Source of the DNA: Oligoflexales bacterium
GTDB lineage: Bacteria > Bdellovibrionota_B > Oligoflexia > Oligoflexales > Bog-1112
Length of the DNA stretch: 64,000 bases
Assembly: GCA_045106415.1 (NCBI GenBank)
Contig: JBGCEP010000004.1
Coordinates: forward strand, 1 to 64,000
Reading direction: 5' to 3'
The position numbers and the translations under genes were made by a program. The notes under the pieces were generated by a model. That model did not search any database and had not been told where the DNA came from. It saw only the letters and a program-made list of their open reading frames with translations. This document shows positions 49,015-58,684 of this stretch, piece by piece. The stretch's first letter is position 1, and the number at the start of each line of letters is the position of its first letter.

Positions 49015-49584
49015 TTAAAACCCACTTATTTTCGAACTTTGAAATTGAAATGAAAGCTCTAAAGTGTCTTTAACATTTGCGATAAGACCACCGGCGACAG
49101 AGGGTGGCTCAAGACCTAAGTTTGTAAATGTCGTTTGTAGAGTGCCGTTAAATATATAGTTTGTTTCTTTTTTTGATAGTGTGACATCAAAAATGACATC
49201 GAATTGCTTATTGTTGATTTGTAGTGTTCCTGAGATTTTACTGGTTTCTTGTTTAAGAAAATGATCCCGTTTAATAGGAGCTGATATAAATATGAGGTCT
49301 TCTTGATTTTTTCCGCCAAGAAGATCAAAAACAGCGACGTCCCGGTCTTCTTCTCCACTATCAAAATTTTTAATGGGAAAGATGCCTGTTAAAACGATAG
49401 TGTCTTTTTTTGTAGTGACTGTTGTGGTAATAGAGCAGTTTTTCCCAGCGGGTTCTAAGGCTCGAAAGAGAAACATTGTTTTTTGAGTTTTCCATGAAAC
49501 ACAATGATCACCTTTTTGATAGAGTCCCTCTGCAAAAAGAAAAGAAGGTAAAGCTAAAGATGCAATTAAATATAACAACTTCAT
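49015..49584 (-). CDS. YceI-like periplasmic protein
   Basis: Signal peptide; FDSGEEDRD, GTLQIN and F..LGL.PP pattern. Confidence 0.75.
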   Translation of the reverse strand: MKLLYLIASLALPSFLFAEGLYQKGDHCVSWKTQKTMFLFRALEPAGKNCSITTTVTTKKDTIVLTGIFPIKNFDSGEEDRDVAVFDLLGGKNQEDLIFISAPIKRDHFLKQETSKISGTLQINNKQFDVIFDVTLSKKETNYIFNGTLQTTFTNLGLEPPSVAGGLIANVKDTLELSFQFQSSKISGF

Positions 49585-49608
49585 GAAAACCTCAAAAAGA
49601 AAACGATA

Positions 49609-50934
49609 TTAACGTTTAAGGTTGATAACTTCTTCAACCATTGTATCTGTTGTTGTGATCGAACGCGAATTCGCTTGAAAGAGACGTTGTGTCATGATCA
49701 TTTGAACAAATTCTTCAGCTAAGTCAACGTTTGACTCTTCAAGAGAAGAAGCAAATAATGCTCCTCGAGTACCAGTTTCAGGCATGCCAATGTTTGGGGG
49801 CCCTGCTTCTGGTCCACCTTGAAACCGGTTTTTCCCAGCTTTTTCAAGAGCGTCTTGGTTTGCAAACGTAGCTAAAGCGATTCCTGAAAGAGTCCGTTGA
49901 ATACCGTTTGTGTAAACACCGGTTACCATTCCATCTCTGCCGATTCGCAAAGATTTTAACCCACCAGACTCATAGCCGTCTTGAGTGTGTGAGACCGTAA
50001 CTGATTTTCCAGCGATTGAGGTTGATGAATTTAATCCGCTTCCTCCTTCTTCGAGGATATTGACGCCAAAGTCGAAATTAATGATTTGATCAGGAAAGGC
50101 CCCATTGTTGAAGTTAACAGAAGACTCTTCTGTTATTTCTTCTTCTAAAAGGCCAAGTCTATCGAATTTAATACTTCCGTTGGCAATTTCCTTGAAGTTT
50201 CCGTCGCTATTAGGGTCTGCAACTTCTGAGTTGTCCACAACAGCTCGCCATTCCCATTCTGTGCCTTCTTCATCAGCGTTGATTTTACGAAAAAATGTTG
50301 TCACTTGATGGCCGCGGCCATGAGAGTCAAAGACAGATACTGATGTTGAAAAATTTGATGTTAACTCTGGGTTTTCAATATCAAAATCACCTTCAACAAG
50401 TTTCGCGCGAGAGTCTAATTGAACATTCATATTTAGGGTGTCAGTTGCTCTTGGAGGAATACTGTTTGTTGCGATTTGAATATCTGTGAGTCGAGATGAA
50501 AGAGTTCCGTCAATATCAGCCATGTAGCCTTGGATTCTGTTGCCGTATGGGTCAGCAAAAAATCCATCTTTATCAAAATGGAGGTTTCCCACTCGAGTGT
50601 AAAATTTACCAGCCGACTGTTGAGCATCTTCGTTCGCGCCAGAAACAATAAAAAAGCCTTGCCCTTGAATAGCGACGTCCGTCAAATTACTGGTGACCTG
50701 CATCCCACCTTGTGTGTGTAGGGTTTTAACATTTGCTAATCGTGCTCCACGCCCAATTTGCGCTGGGCCAGCGCCACTGTTTAAGTCCATTGACAACATG
50801 TCTTCAAATTCTGCTCGATCTTTCTTGAAGCCTTTAGCACTTGCATTTGCAATGTTGTTGGCAATAACAGACATGCCGTCTGAGTTGACTGTGAGTCCTG
50901 TGACCCCAGTGTGAAGAGCTTGTGTTACACCCAT
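49609..50934 (-). CDS. flgE: Flagellar hook protein FlgE
   Basis: Motifs IANNIANA...GFK, DVAIQGQGFF, YTRVG, VFDSHG, LEESNVDLAEEFVQMI..QR..QANSR. Confidence 0.95.
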   Translation of the reverse strand: MGVTQALHTGVTGLTVNSDGMSVIANNIANASAKGFKKDRAEFEDMLSMDLNSGAGPAQIGRGARLANVKTLHTQGGMQVTSNLTDVAIQGQGFFIVSGANEDAQQSAGKFYTRVGNLHFDKDGFFADPYGNRIQGYMADIDGTLSSRLTDIQIATNSIPPRATDTLNMNVQLDSRAKLVEGDFDIENPELTSNFSTSVSVFDSHGRGHQVTTFFRKINADEEGTEWEWRAVVDNSEVADPNSDGNFKEIANGSIKFDRLGLLEEEITEESSVNFNNGAFPDQIINFDFGVNILEEGGSGLNSSTSIAGKSVTVSHTQDGYESGGLKSLRIGRDGMVTGVYTNGIQRTLSGIALATFANQDALEKAGKNRFQGGPEAGPPNIGMPETGTRGALFASSLEESNVDLAEEFVQMIMTQRLFQANSRSITTTDTMVEEVINLKR

Positions 50935-51065
50935 GCTTATCTCCCATATATCGTCTCTATAGTGAGATTAGCGTGGTTTTAAGATGTAGCGTAAATGTTG
51001 CAGATTTTCATGAATTGTAGAGTCGAGAAATTTTGATTTTTTGCTTTTCTACGAAAAGAACAAGG

Positions 51066-51581
51066 CTAAGTCATTATTTTTAGGCGTGGGGCATTGTTAT
51101 CTTTCTGGTTAGTTTGTGTTTTTTGTCCAGGAGAATTTTGACCACCTGGTTGCCCGGAGATGAATTTTTGGTATTCTTCTGGTTGAAGTTTGGGAGAAGG
51201 AACCCCATCCTCTCTAGGGTTTTCTATGACGTCTTTCCATGCAACTAATAGAGTTTGAAGTAGGGACTCAACATGTTCGAGGCATTCACGGCGATTGTGA
51301 ATATTACCTTCGATCAATTTATCAATCATGAAAACGTAGAGATTTTCGAGGTCAACAGCAAGATCACCACCTACTTTAAAATCAAGTGTGGCCATAAGCT
51401 CAGAGACAATGGCAGTTGCTTTGCTTATATACATACCTTTATCGGCAATGCGCTTTTCATCGAGGGCTGTGCATGCTTGCTTTATGAAGCGAATGGCTCC
51501 TTCATAGAGCATAATAAGGACTTTTTCACGGCTGGCGGTTGTGACCGCAGTCTTTTGGTATTGCTGGTATGGATTGCTCAT
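51066..51581 (-). CDS. fliS: Flagellar chaperone FliS
   Basis: Motifs V.TAS...LIMLYEGAIRF, EL..TLD...GG.LA..L..LY.FM, AWK. Confidence 0.95.
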   Translation of the reverse strand: MSNPYQQYQKTAVTTASREKVLIMLYEGAIRFIKQACTALDEKRIADKGMYISKATAIVSELMATLDFKVGGDLAVDLENLYVFMIDKLIEGNIHNRRECLEHVESLLQTLLVAWKDVIENPREDGVPSPKLQPEEYQKFISGQPGGQNSPGQKTQTNQKDNNAPRLKIMT

Positions 51582-51584
51582 GAT

Positions 51585-52934
51585 CTAGCCTTTTTTCTGT
51601 GCACCCCCCAATCTTGCGGATAGGAAGTCGCTCTGCCCTTTGAGGTTCGCCAGGGTTCCTTCGAGGACAGTGAACTGGCGATCAATCGCCTCTTCTTTTG
51701 CCTCTATCTGGCGCGTACGCCGCTCAATTGTTTCGTCCTGCTGGCGGATCACTTGATCTAGACCTCGAATACGGCTCTTAAGCACTCCGAAACCTGGATC
51801 TCTCAGTGCTCGAATTCGAGAGCTGAGAACTTCCGCAAGACCAGTTCTAGATTTAGAACGGATAAACAAATTTGCGACACTATCATAGTCTTCGGTTAAA
51901 GCGTTCCGGACTTTAGCTTCGTCCATAGTGAGCTCACCTGTTTTTGGATTTGTTGTGATTCCAACTTCTGATAAAGTCCCGAATTTTTCACCAGATATTG
52001 GAAATCTTTGGATGCCATCTTGAAGTTGACGCATGATCATCTTTATAGAAGAATCTCCAGCAAGTCGTCCATACCCACCTGTATCAGGGTTTTCTTGAAA
52101 CTGATTATGAACAAACATAGCAATGTCATTATAAGCAGTCACGAATTCGTTGATTCCCTCTATCGTCGCATCGATGTCGTGCACAACACTGACTTGAATT
52201 CGAGTACCTGGTTCTGAACGCCTTACGTTGAGAGTAACGCCATCGATGAGCTCATCAAGAACATTGTCTTCATCGGTGACCGGGACATCTTCAAATAAGA
52301 CATCTAAGTTACGACCTGTGACCTGCTCTTTGAATTCTAGAAATGTTGTGTCTTCATCGAGGTAAATTGAAGCTTCACGCCCAGACTGCTCACTGACAAC
52401 GAGGAGTCGATATGGCTCTGGCTTATATTTTGTATTGATGACCATGGCTCTGACGCCAGCTTCAGATTCGTTGATTTGTTCGGCAACTTCTTGAAGGGTC
52501 GTATATGGCTCAACCATAACTTCGATTTCTTTACCGTCATCACGCTCAATAAGCATATAACCAAAACCTACAGGCGTATCATCTTTATCGGGAAAGCCAT
52601 AAGCTAATTCTTTTTCTGACCGAGCCATTGCTCGAACTTCAACTTCATAGTTTCCAAGCATGGCTCCCGCTGCAACGCTTCCGTCTATGATGTCAGGGTG
52701 AGAGCTATCTAGTTTGAGTTTGTAGAAATCATAGCGAGTTTTCAGTTTGTTTAAACTAGAGTCGAGTTGACCAATAATCGCATTGAGATCTTCAAATTCT
52801 GTTTTTTCTGCCTGAACTTCTGATTTTCTCTTTTTTGCTGATTCAAGAGGGATACGCTGAACCTTTTTTAACTCATCAATCATAGATGGGTTAATACCGG
52901 CTTGCTTCAATCCTGTATGCATACGTATCGGCAT
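51585..52934 (-). CDS. fliD: Flagellar filament cap FliD
   Basis: DNVLDELIDGVTLN, FVTAYN, L.GDS, LSEVGITT, QFT.LE pattern; adjacent to fliS. Confidence 0.9.
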   Translation of the reverse strand: MPIRMHTGLKQAGINPSMIDELKKVQRIPLESAKKRKSEVQAEKTEFEDLNAIIGQLDSSLNKLKTRYDFYKLKLDSSHPDIIDGSVAAGAMLGNYEVEVRAMARSEKELAYGFPDKDDTPVGFGYMLIERDDGKEIEVMVEPYTTLQEVAEQINESEAGVRAMVINTKYKPEPYRLLVVSEQSGREASIYLDEDTTFLEFKEQVTGRNLDVLFEDVPVTDEDNVLDELIDGVTLNVRRSEPGTRIQVSVVHDIDATIEGINEFVTAYNDIAMFVHNQFQENPDTGGYGRLAGDSSIKMIMRQLQDGIQRFPISGEKFGTLSEVGITTNPKTGELTMDEAKVRNALTEDYDSVANLFIRSKSRTGLAEVLSSRIRALRDPGFGVLKSRIRGLDQVIRQQDETIERRTRQIEAKEEAIDRQFTVLEGTLANLKGQSDFLSARLGGAQKKG

Positions 52935-53022
52935 AGAGTTGGTATCCTTCTCTTATCTCTCGTATGGTAGCAGTCGTTGCCTATTGAGAGGAGGTAAGAT
53001 CTCGCCGACTTCATATAATGCT

Positions 53023-53970
53023 ATGATAAAAACTATGAAAACGAAGTTGTCACATCCAGTTAGCCGTCTTGAGGTTCACTTAAGAAATGATCTTCTGCAA
53101 TCTTCGTTGCGGCAAGATTTTCCGCATGCTGGGCCTGTCGAGCAAGAATACCCACTTGTTTTGCAGCAAAACAATCATGTTCATAGCTATTGCTTTTGGT
53201 CAGAAGCAAAAGATTTGATTGGTCATTTAAACTGCTGGCCAAGGGTGCTTAAAGATCCTCATGGAGCCCGGAATCTACGTGTTGGCGTGATAGGAAATGT
53301 TGCTGTTTCCGAAGCCTATAGAAGGCAAGGTTACATGAAAAAAATGTTTCAAGCTTTGATGAAAAAACCTCATGTGAAAAATTTAGATGGCTTTGTCTTA
53401 TGGACTGATGAACCAAAGTTTTATTGTTCTATGGGTTTTCGAGCTGTTGGCCGAGAGGCTCATTTAAGGTTCTCTCTTCCAGAAAATTCTTCTCCTGTGG
53501 CAGCCAATTTTTTTCATGAAACTGTTAAGGATTTAACAGATGAAGATTTTGTTGCTTTGCACGCTTTAAGACCAAGCTGTTCATTTATACCTGAAAGAAC
53601 TGTGGAAGAGACAAAAGCACTTTTGTCGATTCCTGATTGTATCTTGTTAGTAAGGCGAGACGCTAACGGGATTATGACTGAAAATATTATTGTAGGACGA
53701 GGGTGTGATTTTATTGGAACTATCCATGAATGGGGAGGGCGGTCAGCAGACGCTTTGTATCAAGGGATTGTTCAAATATTACAACTGACTGAATGGGAAT
53801 CTGTACAATTGATTGCTCCTATAGAAGTTGTCAAGTCGAGCCTTTGGGGAGGGCTTTGCTCTCGTGCTGATCATATGGAAGAGGTCCCTATGGCATTTGG
53901 CTGGTGTCGAACCTTTGAAGGTTATCAGCATTTGAATTCGTCTTTTTTTTGGGGTCTAGATTCAATTTGA
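53023..53970 (+). CDS. GNAT-family N-acetyltransferase
   Basis: Acetyl-CoA motif IGNVAVSEAYRRQGYM and FY.SMGF. Start uncertain (53023 or 53035; the track's 52939 abuts the fliD start). Confidence 0.8.
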   Translation: MIKTMKTKLSHPVSRLEVHLRNDLLQSSLRQDFPHAGPVEQEYPLVLQQNNHVHSYCFWSEAKDLIGHLNCWPRVLKDPHGARNLRVGVIGNVAVSEAYRRQGYMKKMFQALMKKPHVKNLDGFVLWTDEPKFYCSMGFRAVGREAHLRFSLPENSSPVAANFFHETVKDLTDEDFVALHALRPSCSFIPERTVEETKALLSIPDCILLVRRDANGIMTENIIVGRGCDFIGTIHEWGGRSADALYQGIVQILQLTEWESVQLIAPIEVVKSSLWGGLCSRADHMEEVPMAFGWCRTFEGYQHLNSSFFWGLDSI

Positions 53971-54088
53971 TTTTTGTTAGTTGAGGCTAAATCTATGTAT
54001 TGTTGGGTATCTCTGTCAAAAGGTAACGCTTCCTTCTTTTTTTAAAATTGGCTATATCATTTGTAAAGAAAAATGATGAAAGGTTGCC

Positions 54089-55204
54089 ATGAAACGCTGT
54101 CTGTTTTTTTCTCTTTTAATCTATACTGCGTGTCCTCATCAAGAAGTTGTTGCTTATAGTGACTGGCATAGTGGAGGTGTTGGTTTTGCCCAGAGTTCTG
54201 ATATGCCTTGGTTTGAGGGAGGGCAAAAAGTTTCTTACTGCTTTAAAATTGATGAAGACAATTTTGGCGTTGACTTAGTTTCTGTACGGAAATCTTGGAA
54301 TGAGGCTTTGGGGTTTTGGGATCAGGTCTTTACCCATAAAAATTTTGATCATTATAAAAAAAATGTTTTTCCAGATTTTTATGAAGAAGAGTGCAGAGAA
54401 ACCACTCAATTTAAAATTTATTTAGGGGTATGGCCAGAAGGCTTTCCTGGTGATCCAAAAACGACTGTAGCTAGAGCTGTACAGGTTTCTCGTTCCTTGT
54501 ATGTTTCTCCAGAAAAAGGTCACAATCAGCTTGAAAGAGCTCTTTCTAATCGGTGGTCGTATCAGGGGGGGTGGCTACTATCTGTTACTTTGATGCATGA
54601 GATAGGCCATGTTTTAGGGTTCCCGCATGATGATCGAGCTACAAGTATTATGAATGATGCGAATATTCTGAAGCTGGTTGGTGCTTTTTTTGTTCAAGGT
54701 TTTTCTGATTTCTCAGAAGTTTTAAGCAAAGAAATGTCGAAGACGGCTGCTACTATAAAGTTTGATAATTTTTTAAGCGTTAAGGATGCTGGGTACATTG
54801 AGTCGCGTAACACCATAACATTAAAGAGTTTTTTCCCAAAGTATAGGGATTGTCATATGCTTCTAGTTTTTTATACAGAAAAAATATTTATCTTCCAATG
54901 GGAGAGAGATGATAGGGTTGTTGGTGTAGAATTTTTTCCTGCAACCTTGGATGAAACATATCGTTACCTTAAGCCTTTAGAAAAATCTTGTGACCTGTAT
55001 ATGCGAAATTTTCTTATGGCCCCGCTCTATAATTTGATGGCTAAAAAAGACATGGCTATAATACCAAATTCTGCAAAAATAGCGTATGGAAGAGAGTTGG
55101 TGCTGAGTCACGGCGATATTGTTTTGAAGATAAAATCAGATGGTTGGGAAATTTTAAAACTTAATGGGGAAAAGTACAAAACAACAGGGTTGCAGCCTTA
55201 TTAG
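54089..55204 (+). CDS. Metzincin (matrixin-like) Zn metalloprotease, exported
   Basis: HEIGHVLGFPH zinc motif with Met-turn SIM; signal or lipoprotein-like N-terminus. Confidence 0.8.
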   Translation: MKRCLFFSLLIYTACPHQEVVAYSDWHSGGVGFAQSSDMPWFEGGQKVSYCFKIDEDNFGVDLVSVRKSWNEALGFWDQVFTHKNFDHYKKNVFPDFYEEECRETTQFKIYLGVWPEGFPGDPKTTVARAVQVSRSLYVSPEKGHNQLERALSNRWSYQGGWLLSVTLMHEIGHVLGFPHDDRATSIMNDANILKLVGAFFVQGFSDFSEVLSKEMSKTAATIKFDNFLSVKDAGYIESRNTITLKSFFPKYRDCHMLLVFYTEKIFIFQWERDDRVVGVEFFPATLDETYRYLKPLEKSCDLYMRNFLMAPLYNLMAKKDMAIIPNSAKIAYGRELVLSHGDIVLKIKSDGWEILKLNGEKYKTTGLQPY

Positions 55205-56064
55205 TAAGATCGCGTGAGTTTTGAGCTGTGGATATTGAGAGCGTAAACATCTTTTTGATCATGCTTTTGCACCTCTTTTTGTGACCATGAAATAAGTGCA
55301 TTTATCTTTTGTTTGAGCTGAGATTGAAATGTAGAGTTTGAAGTAAACATCACAGAAAAACTGACTTCGCTCTCTTGTTCATTGCGTTCTGCTTGATCGA
55401 GTGCAAAAGCAAGCCTGCTTCTAAAGAAAGCTGGGAATAAATAGCTGTCTTTTGGTAAGTGAGCCTGGAGGTTACTGCAGGTGTATGTATTGCTTTCATC
55501 TTTTTTATGAATAAGCTTGTGTGAAATAAGTTTTCTTAAGGTCGTTTGTAGCTTTGAGTGGGAACACCCTAGGTGTTTTTGAAGAGTTAGGTGATCTATC
55601 GCTGTTCCGCTATGAGATGAGATAAATTGTCTTACGAGCTGAGCTGTCATATCAAGATGAAACCAATCAGGAGTTTCTCTTGATGGAGGAGGTACGATAT
55701 TTGTAATGTCAAAGAGGTGCTTCTCTGCTTCAAGGACTTTTTCTTTGAGATTGTTTTGACGCCCAGGTTTTTTCGATTGCTGATAGTTTGCTAAAGCCTC
55801 CAGGAAGTCTTGCTCTTTAGAGTCAAGCTGCAAGAACTCACATGCACCCCAGAGTTGATCAAGGCTTAAGTGGGTTTTTAAAGAGAGGGCAAGAGACAGG
55901 TATGCAGGTTTGATGCCGCAAGCGTGTGCCAAGTATTTCAATTTGTAGCTTTCAGGTTTGACCTCTTTCATAAAAGACATTGTGTCCTTTAAAATCAACC
56001 TGTAGTCGTTATCTATGCCTTGATTGTTGATGATGATTCGCATTGCTATCTCTTCTAAGTACAT
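55201..56064 (-). CDS. TIGR02147/DUF4423-like HTH protein
   Basis: N-terminal DYR..LK, LA..CGI...YLS..L....HLS HTH; second winged helix; C-terminal VY.LN. Confidence 0.75.
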   Translation of the reverse strand: MYLEEIAMRIIINNQGIDNDYRLILKDTMSFMKEVKPESYKLKYLAHACGIKPAYLSLALSLKTHLSLDQLWGACEFLQLDSKEQDFLEALANYQQSKKPGRQNNLKEKVLEAEKHLFDITNIVPPPSRETPDWFHLDMTAQLVRQFISSHSGTAIDHLTLQKHLGCSHSKLQTTLRKLISHKLIHKKDESNTYTCSNLQAHLPKDSYLFPAFFRSRLAFALDQAERNEQESEVSFSVMFTSNSTFQSQLKQKINALISWSQKEVQKHDQKDVYALNIHSSKLTRSY

Positions 56065-56186
56065 AAATGATGTGCTTATGCCAGCGCACGATATTAAGTC
56101 TCATTAAAGATATATAAAAATTGAAGAGATTTGTTTTTTTTTAAGAGAAAATGAATTTTAAGATGAGAATTCATTTTCTCTTAAAA

Positions 56187-57716
56187 TTAGGTCGTTGGTG
56201 ACGCTGAAGTTTGTCTGCGGAAAATGTGAAGTATAGCTAGGGATGTTGTTGTGATGAGGGTGAAGCTTACTAGAGGGCTTAACTGGACGAAGTCGATAAG
56301 CAAATATGTTGAAATCGACATGATTGCTGTTGTGATGCAGTAGGGTAATTGAGTGACTACGTGATTCATATGATCGCAACCAGCGCCAGTTGAAGATAGT
56401 ATCGAAGTGTCAGAAATAGGAGAACAGTGATCTCCAAAAACAGATCCGCCTAAGACAGCAGCAATGCATAAGCTTAGAGCCTCTGGCGAAGAACCGTTCA
56501 TTTGGGCAATAATTGGCAATAAAATAGAAAATGTCGCCCAGCTTGTGCCTGTTGTAAAAGAAAGCAGTCCGGCAAGTAGAAAGCTGACCAATGGAAGGCG
56601 TGAGATCGGAACATTTGCTTGGGTGAGCTGTTCGACTATGAACTCACCTGTTTTTAATTCTCCTATGACAGAGGCTAATCCCCATGCAAGAAATAAAATT
56701 GTCATAGCTGGGGCCATGGTTTTGAAGCCTATGACTGCTGCCGGAAGCAATGTCCCTTGGCGTCGAGGAAGCTTCACTACTGTGATCGTAAGCGCAGAAA
56801 GCGCCCCGAACCACAAAGAAGGGCCGATTTCCATATAACGTACAAAATCCATAGCCGTGGCTGTGGCAGGTATTTTAAAATAGGCAGATAGGAACATTCC
56901 CCCAAGAGTTGCGGCTAAAAGTGTTCCCATAGCCCATAAGGGAGTGTGATAGGTCGTCGTGTTTTCAGAGTATTCTGTATGTGCAATTGTGACATTGAGC
57001 TCTTTTTCACTTTTTGCCATTGCTTTAAAATTGAAGTCGGTGATAGCAACATAGAAGACAGCGCCAATTGTGAATAAAGAGTAAAAGTTTAGAAAAATAG
57101 ATTCTAAGAAAAGACTAAGGCCATCAGTAGATAGGTTTTCGTTACGTGCAATTCCGTCAAGAATAGCAATGATCGTCGCTCCCCAGCTTGAAATTGGCGC
57201 TAAAATGCATACTGGGCCAGCTGTTGAATCGAGAAAGTACGCAAGTTTTTCGCGAGAAATTTTTGAACGATCTGCCAACGGCCTTGATACCGTGCCAACA
57301 GCAAGAGTGTTGAAGTAATCATCAATGAAAACAGCAAGACCTAAGCAGATAATTGTAAGTTGAGTTTTTATTTTTGAAGTTTTATGCCTCATAAACTGCA
57401 AGCTAAGTTGTTCCATTCCACCAGAGGTAATGAGCAGGTGAATTAAAATGCCTAAAAACCAAAGAAACCCGAATAATGATATGTGGTCGATATCTAAACC
57501 GTGGCTGCTTTCATATAGAACGGAAAGAAGGCTTTTATAGAGATGTGGAATCATCGCTAAAAGCTGACCGTCAACAGCAAGAAAACTACCGGTTAAGAGA
57601 CCTAGGAAAAGAGCACCTATGGCATGGCGTGTGGCTAAAGCTGCTGTGATTGTGACAAGGGGTGGAAGGATAGCGAGCCAATCAGGAAAATGTGTTGCGG
57701 TCATAGAGGTACTCAC
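56187..57716 (-). CDS. NhaC-family (Na+/H+ antiporter-type) transporter, probably for an amino or organic acid
   Basis: Motifs FIDDYFN, SREKLAYFLDSTA, GTSWATF, FGDHCSPISDTSILSS, HVVTQLPY; multiple TM helices. Confidence 0.9.
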   Translation of the reverse strand: MSTSMTATHFPDWLAILPPLVTITAALATRHAIGALFLGLLTGSFLAVDGQLLAMIPHLYKSLLSVLYESSHGLDIDHISLFGFLWFLGILIHLLITSGGMEQLSLQFMRHKTSKIKTQLTIICLGLAVFIDDYFNTLAVGTVSRPLADRSKISREKLAYFLDSTAGPVCILAPISSWGATIIAILDGIARNENLSTDGLSLFLESIFLNFYSLFTIGAVFYVAITDFNFKAMAKSEKELNVTIAHTEYSENTTTYHTPLWAMGTLLAATLGGMFLSAYFKIPATATAMDFVRYMEIGPSLWFGALSALTITVVKLPRRQGTLLPAAVIGFKTMAPAMTILFLAWGLASVIGELKTGEFIVEQLTQANVPISRLPLVSFLLAGLLSFTTGTSWATFSILLPIIAQMNGSSPEALSLCIAAVLGGSVFGDHCSPISDTSILSSTGAGCDHMNHVVTQLPYCITTAIMSISTYLLIDFVQLSPLVSFTLITTTSLAILHIFRRQTSASPTT

Positions 57717-57813
57717 AGAGCTGAAAAGGTTAAAACCGGCTACGCCGATGCTCAGTTCTACAGGATCGTGTCAGAGTAAGCAATCTTATGCGTAAGCGGC
57801 ATAATCTAATTTA

Positions 57814-58473
57814 TTAAGATGATTGGTTTTGGTGTAAAAGAAGTTGAAGCTGCTCAATTTCTAATGGCGACAGTTGCTGATGATTCTCTTCTTGTGCTTG
57901 GAAGTGAGGTTTTAAGAGGTATAAATAGACAATGCTCCAAAACTGGTTGAGCCATAATGCGTTGTCGTAAAAATTATGAGTGTCGTAATATTCGGTGCGG
58001 TGGCGTGTGGAAATATTCCAGTATTCAACATCCCAAAAAAGTAAACTTCCTGCGCCTAGAGCTGCTGTCAGCAAGGTTGGAATCATCACAGGGTGCTCAC
58101 GAAAAAGTAAAGCGTAATTGATAGCGGAGGCGCCAAGATATAAAGCAGGGGTGCCACCACACCACCAGCGTTCACAGTTGTAGATATTAAGAACCTCTAG
58201 GTGTTGGAGAAGAAAAGCTAATGAGTTGAGTGAGAGCTGAATGTGTTGACCCACGCGAGAAGAAGTGAGCCTTTGAGAAGGTTCGTTATCTTCAGTGAAT
58301 GGTGTCTGAATTTCTCGTGGAGTTTGAATAGAAATTGAGACAATTTCGCTGTCTGAGTTGGAAATTCGTGTGTGGTGAGAGTTCCTTGGAGCACTGTAAA
58401 GTGGCAAAATAATAAGGCTCGACAATAATGAGACTTTTAAAAATTGAATAGTTTTATTGCAAGAAAAGGTCAT
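57814..58473 (-). CDS. Hypothetical membrane protein
   Basis: Signal-like N-terminus, disordered linker and several hydrophobic segments. Confidence 0.65.
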   Translation of the reverse strand: MTFSCNKTIQFLKVSLLSSLIILPLYSAPRNSHHTRISNSDSEIVSISIQTPREIQTPFTEDNEPSQRLTSSRVGQHIQLSLNSLAFLLQHLEVLNIYNCERWWCGGTPALYLGASAINYALLFREHPVMIPTLLTAALGAGSLLFWDVEYWNISTRHRTEYYDTHNFYDNALWLNQFWSIVYLYLLKPHFQAQEENHQQLSPLEIEQLQLLLHQNQSS

Positions 58474-58684
58474 AAAGTTCCCTGGTGTTCAAATAACTTT
58501 GATTTTATAGATCAGAAAAAGAATTGTATCAAGCGTGGGTTTGTGTTCTTGGCTTTTTTGGACATGTCTGAGTAGCAGAGAAAAGTAGTCTTTTTGTGTC
58601 TTTTAAATTTTTTATTTAAGGTTTTTGTATTGCATGACGATAAGTGCGGTGAGTTTAGCGGAGAAAAAATTGCTTTATACACGC

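Noticed and set aside
57717..57813. Lysine or SAM riboswitch ahead of the NhaC-family transporter
   Set aside because: The intergenic space is under 100 nt and partly taken by a likely promoter; no riboswitch consensus was seen.
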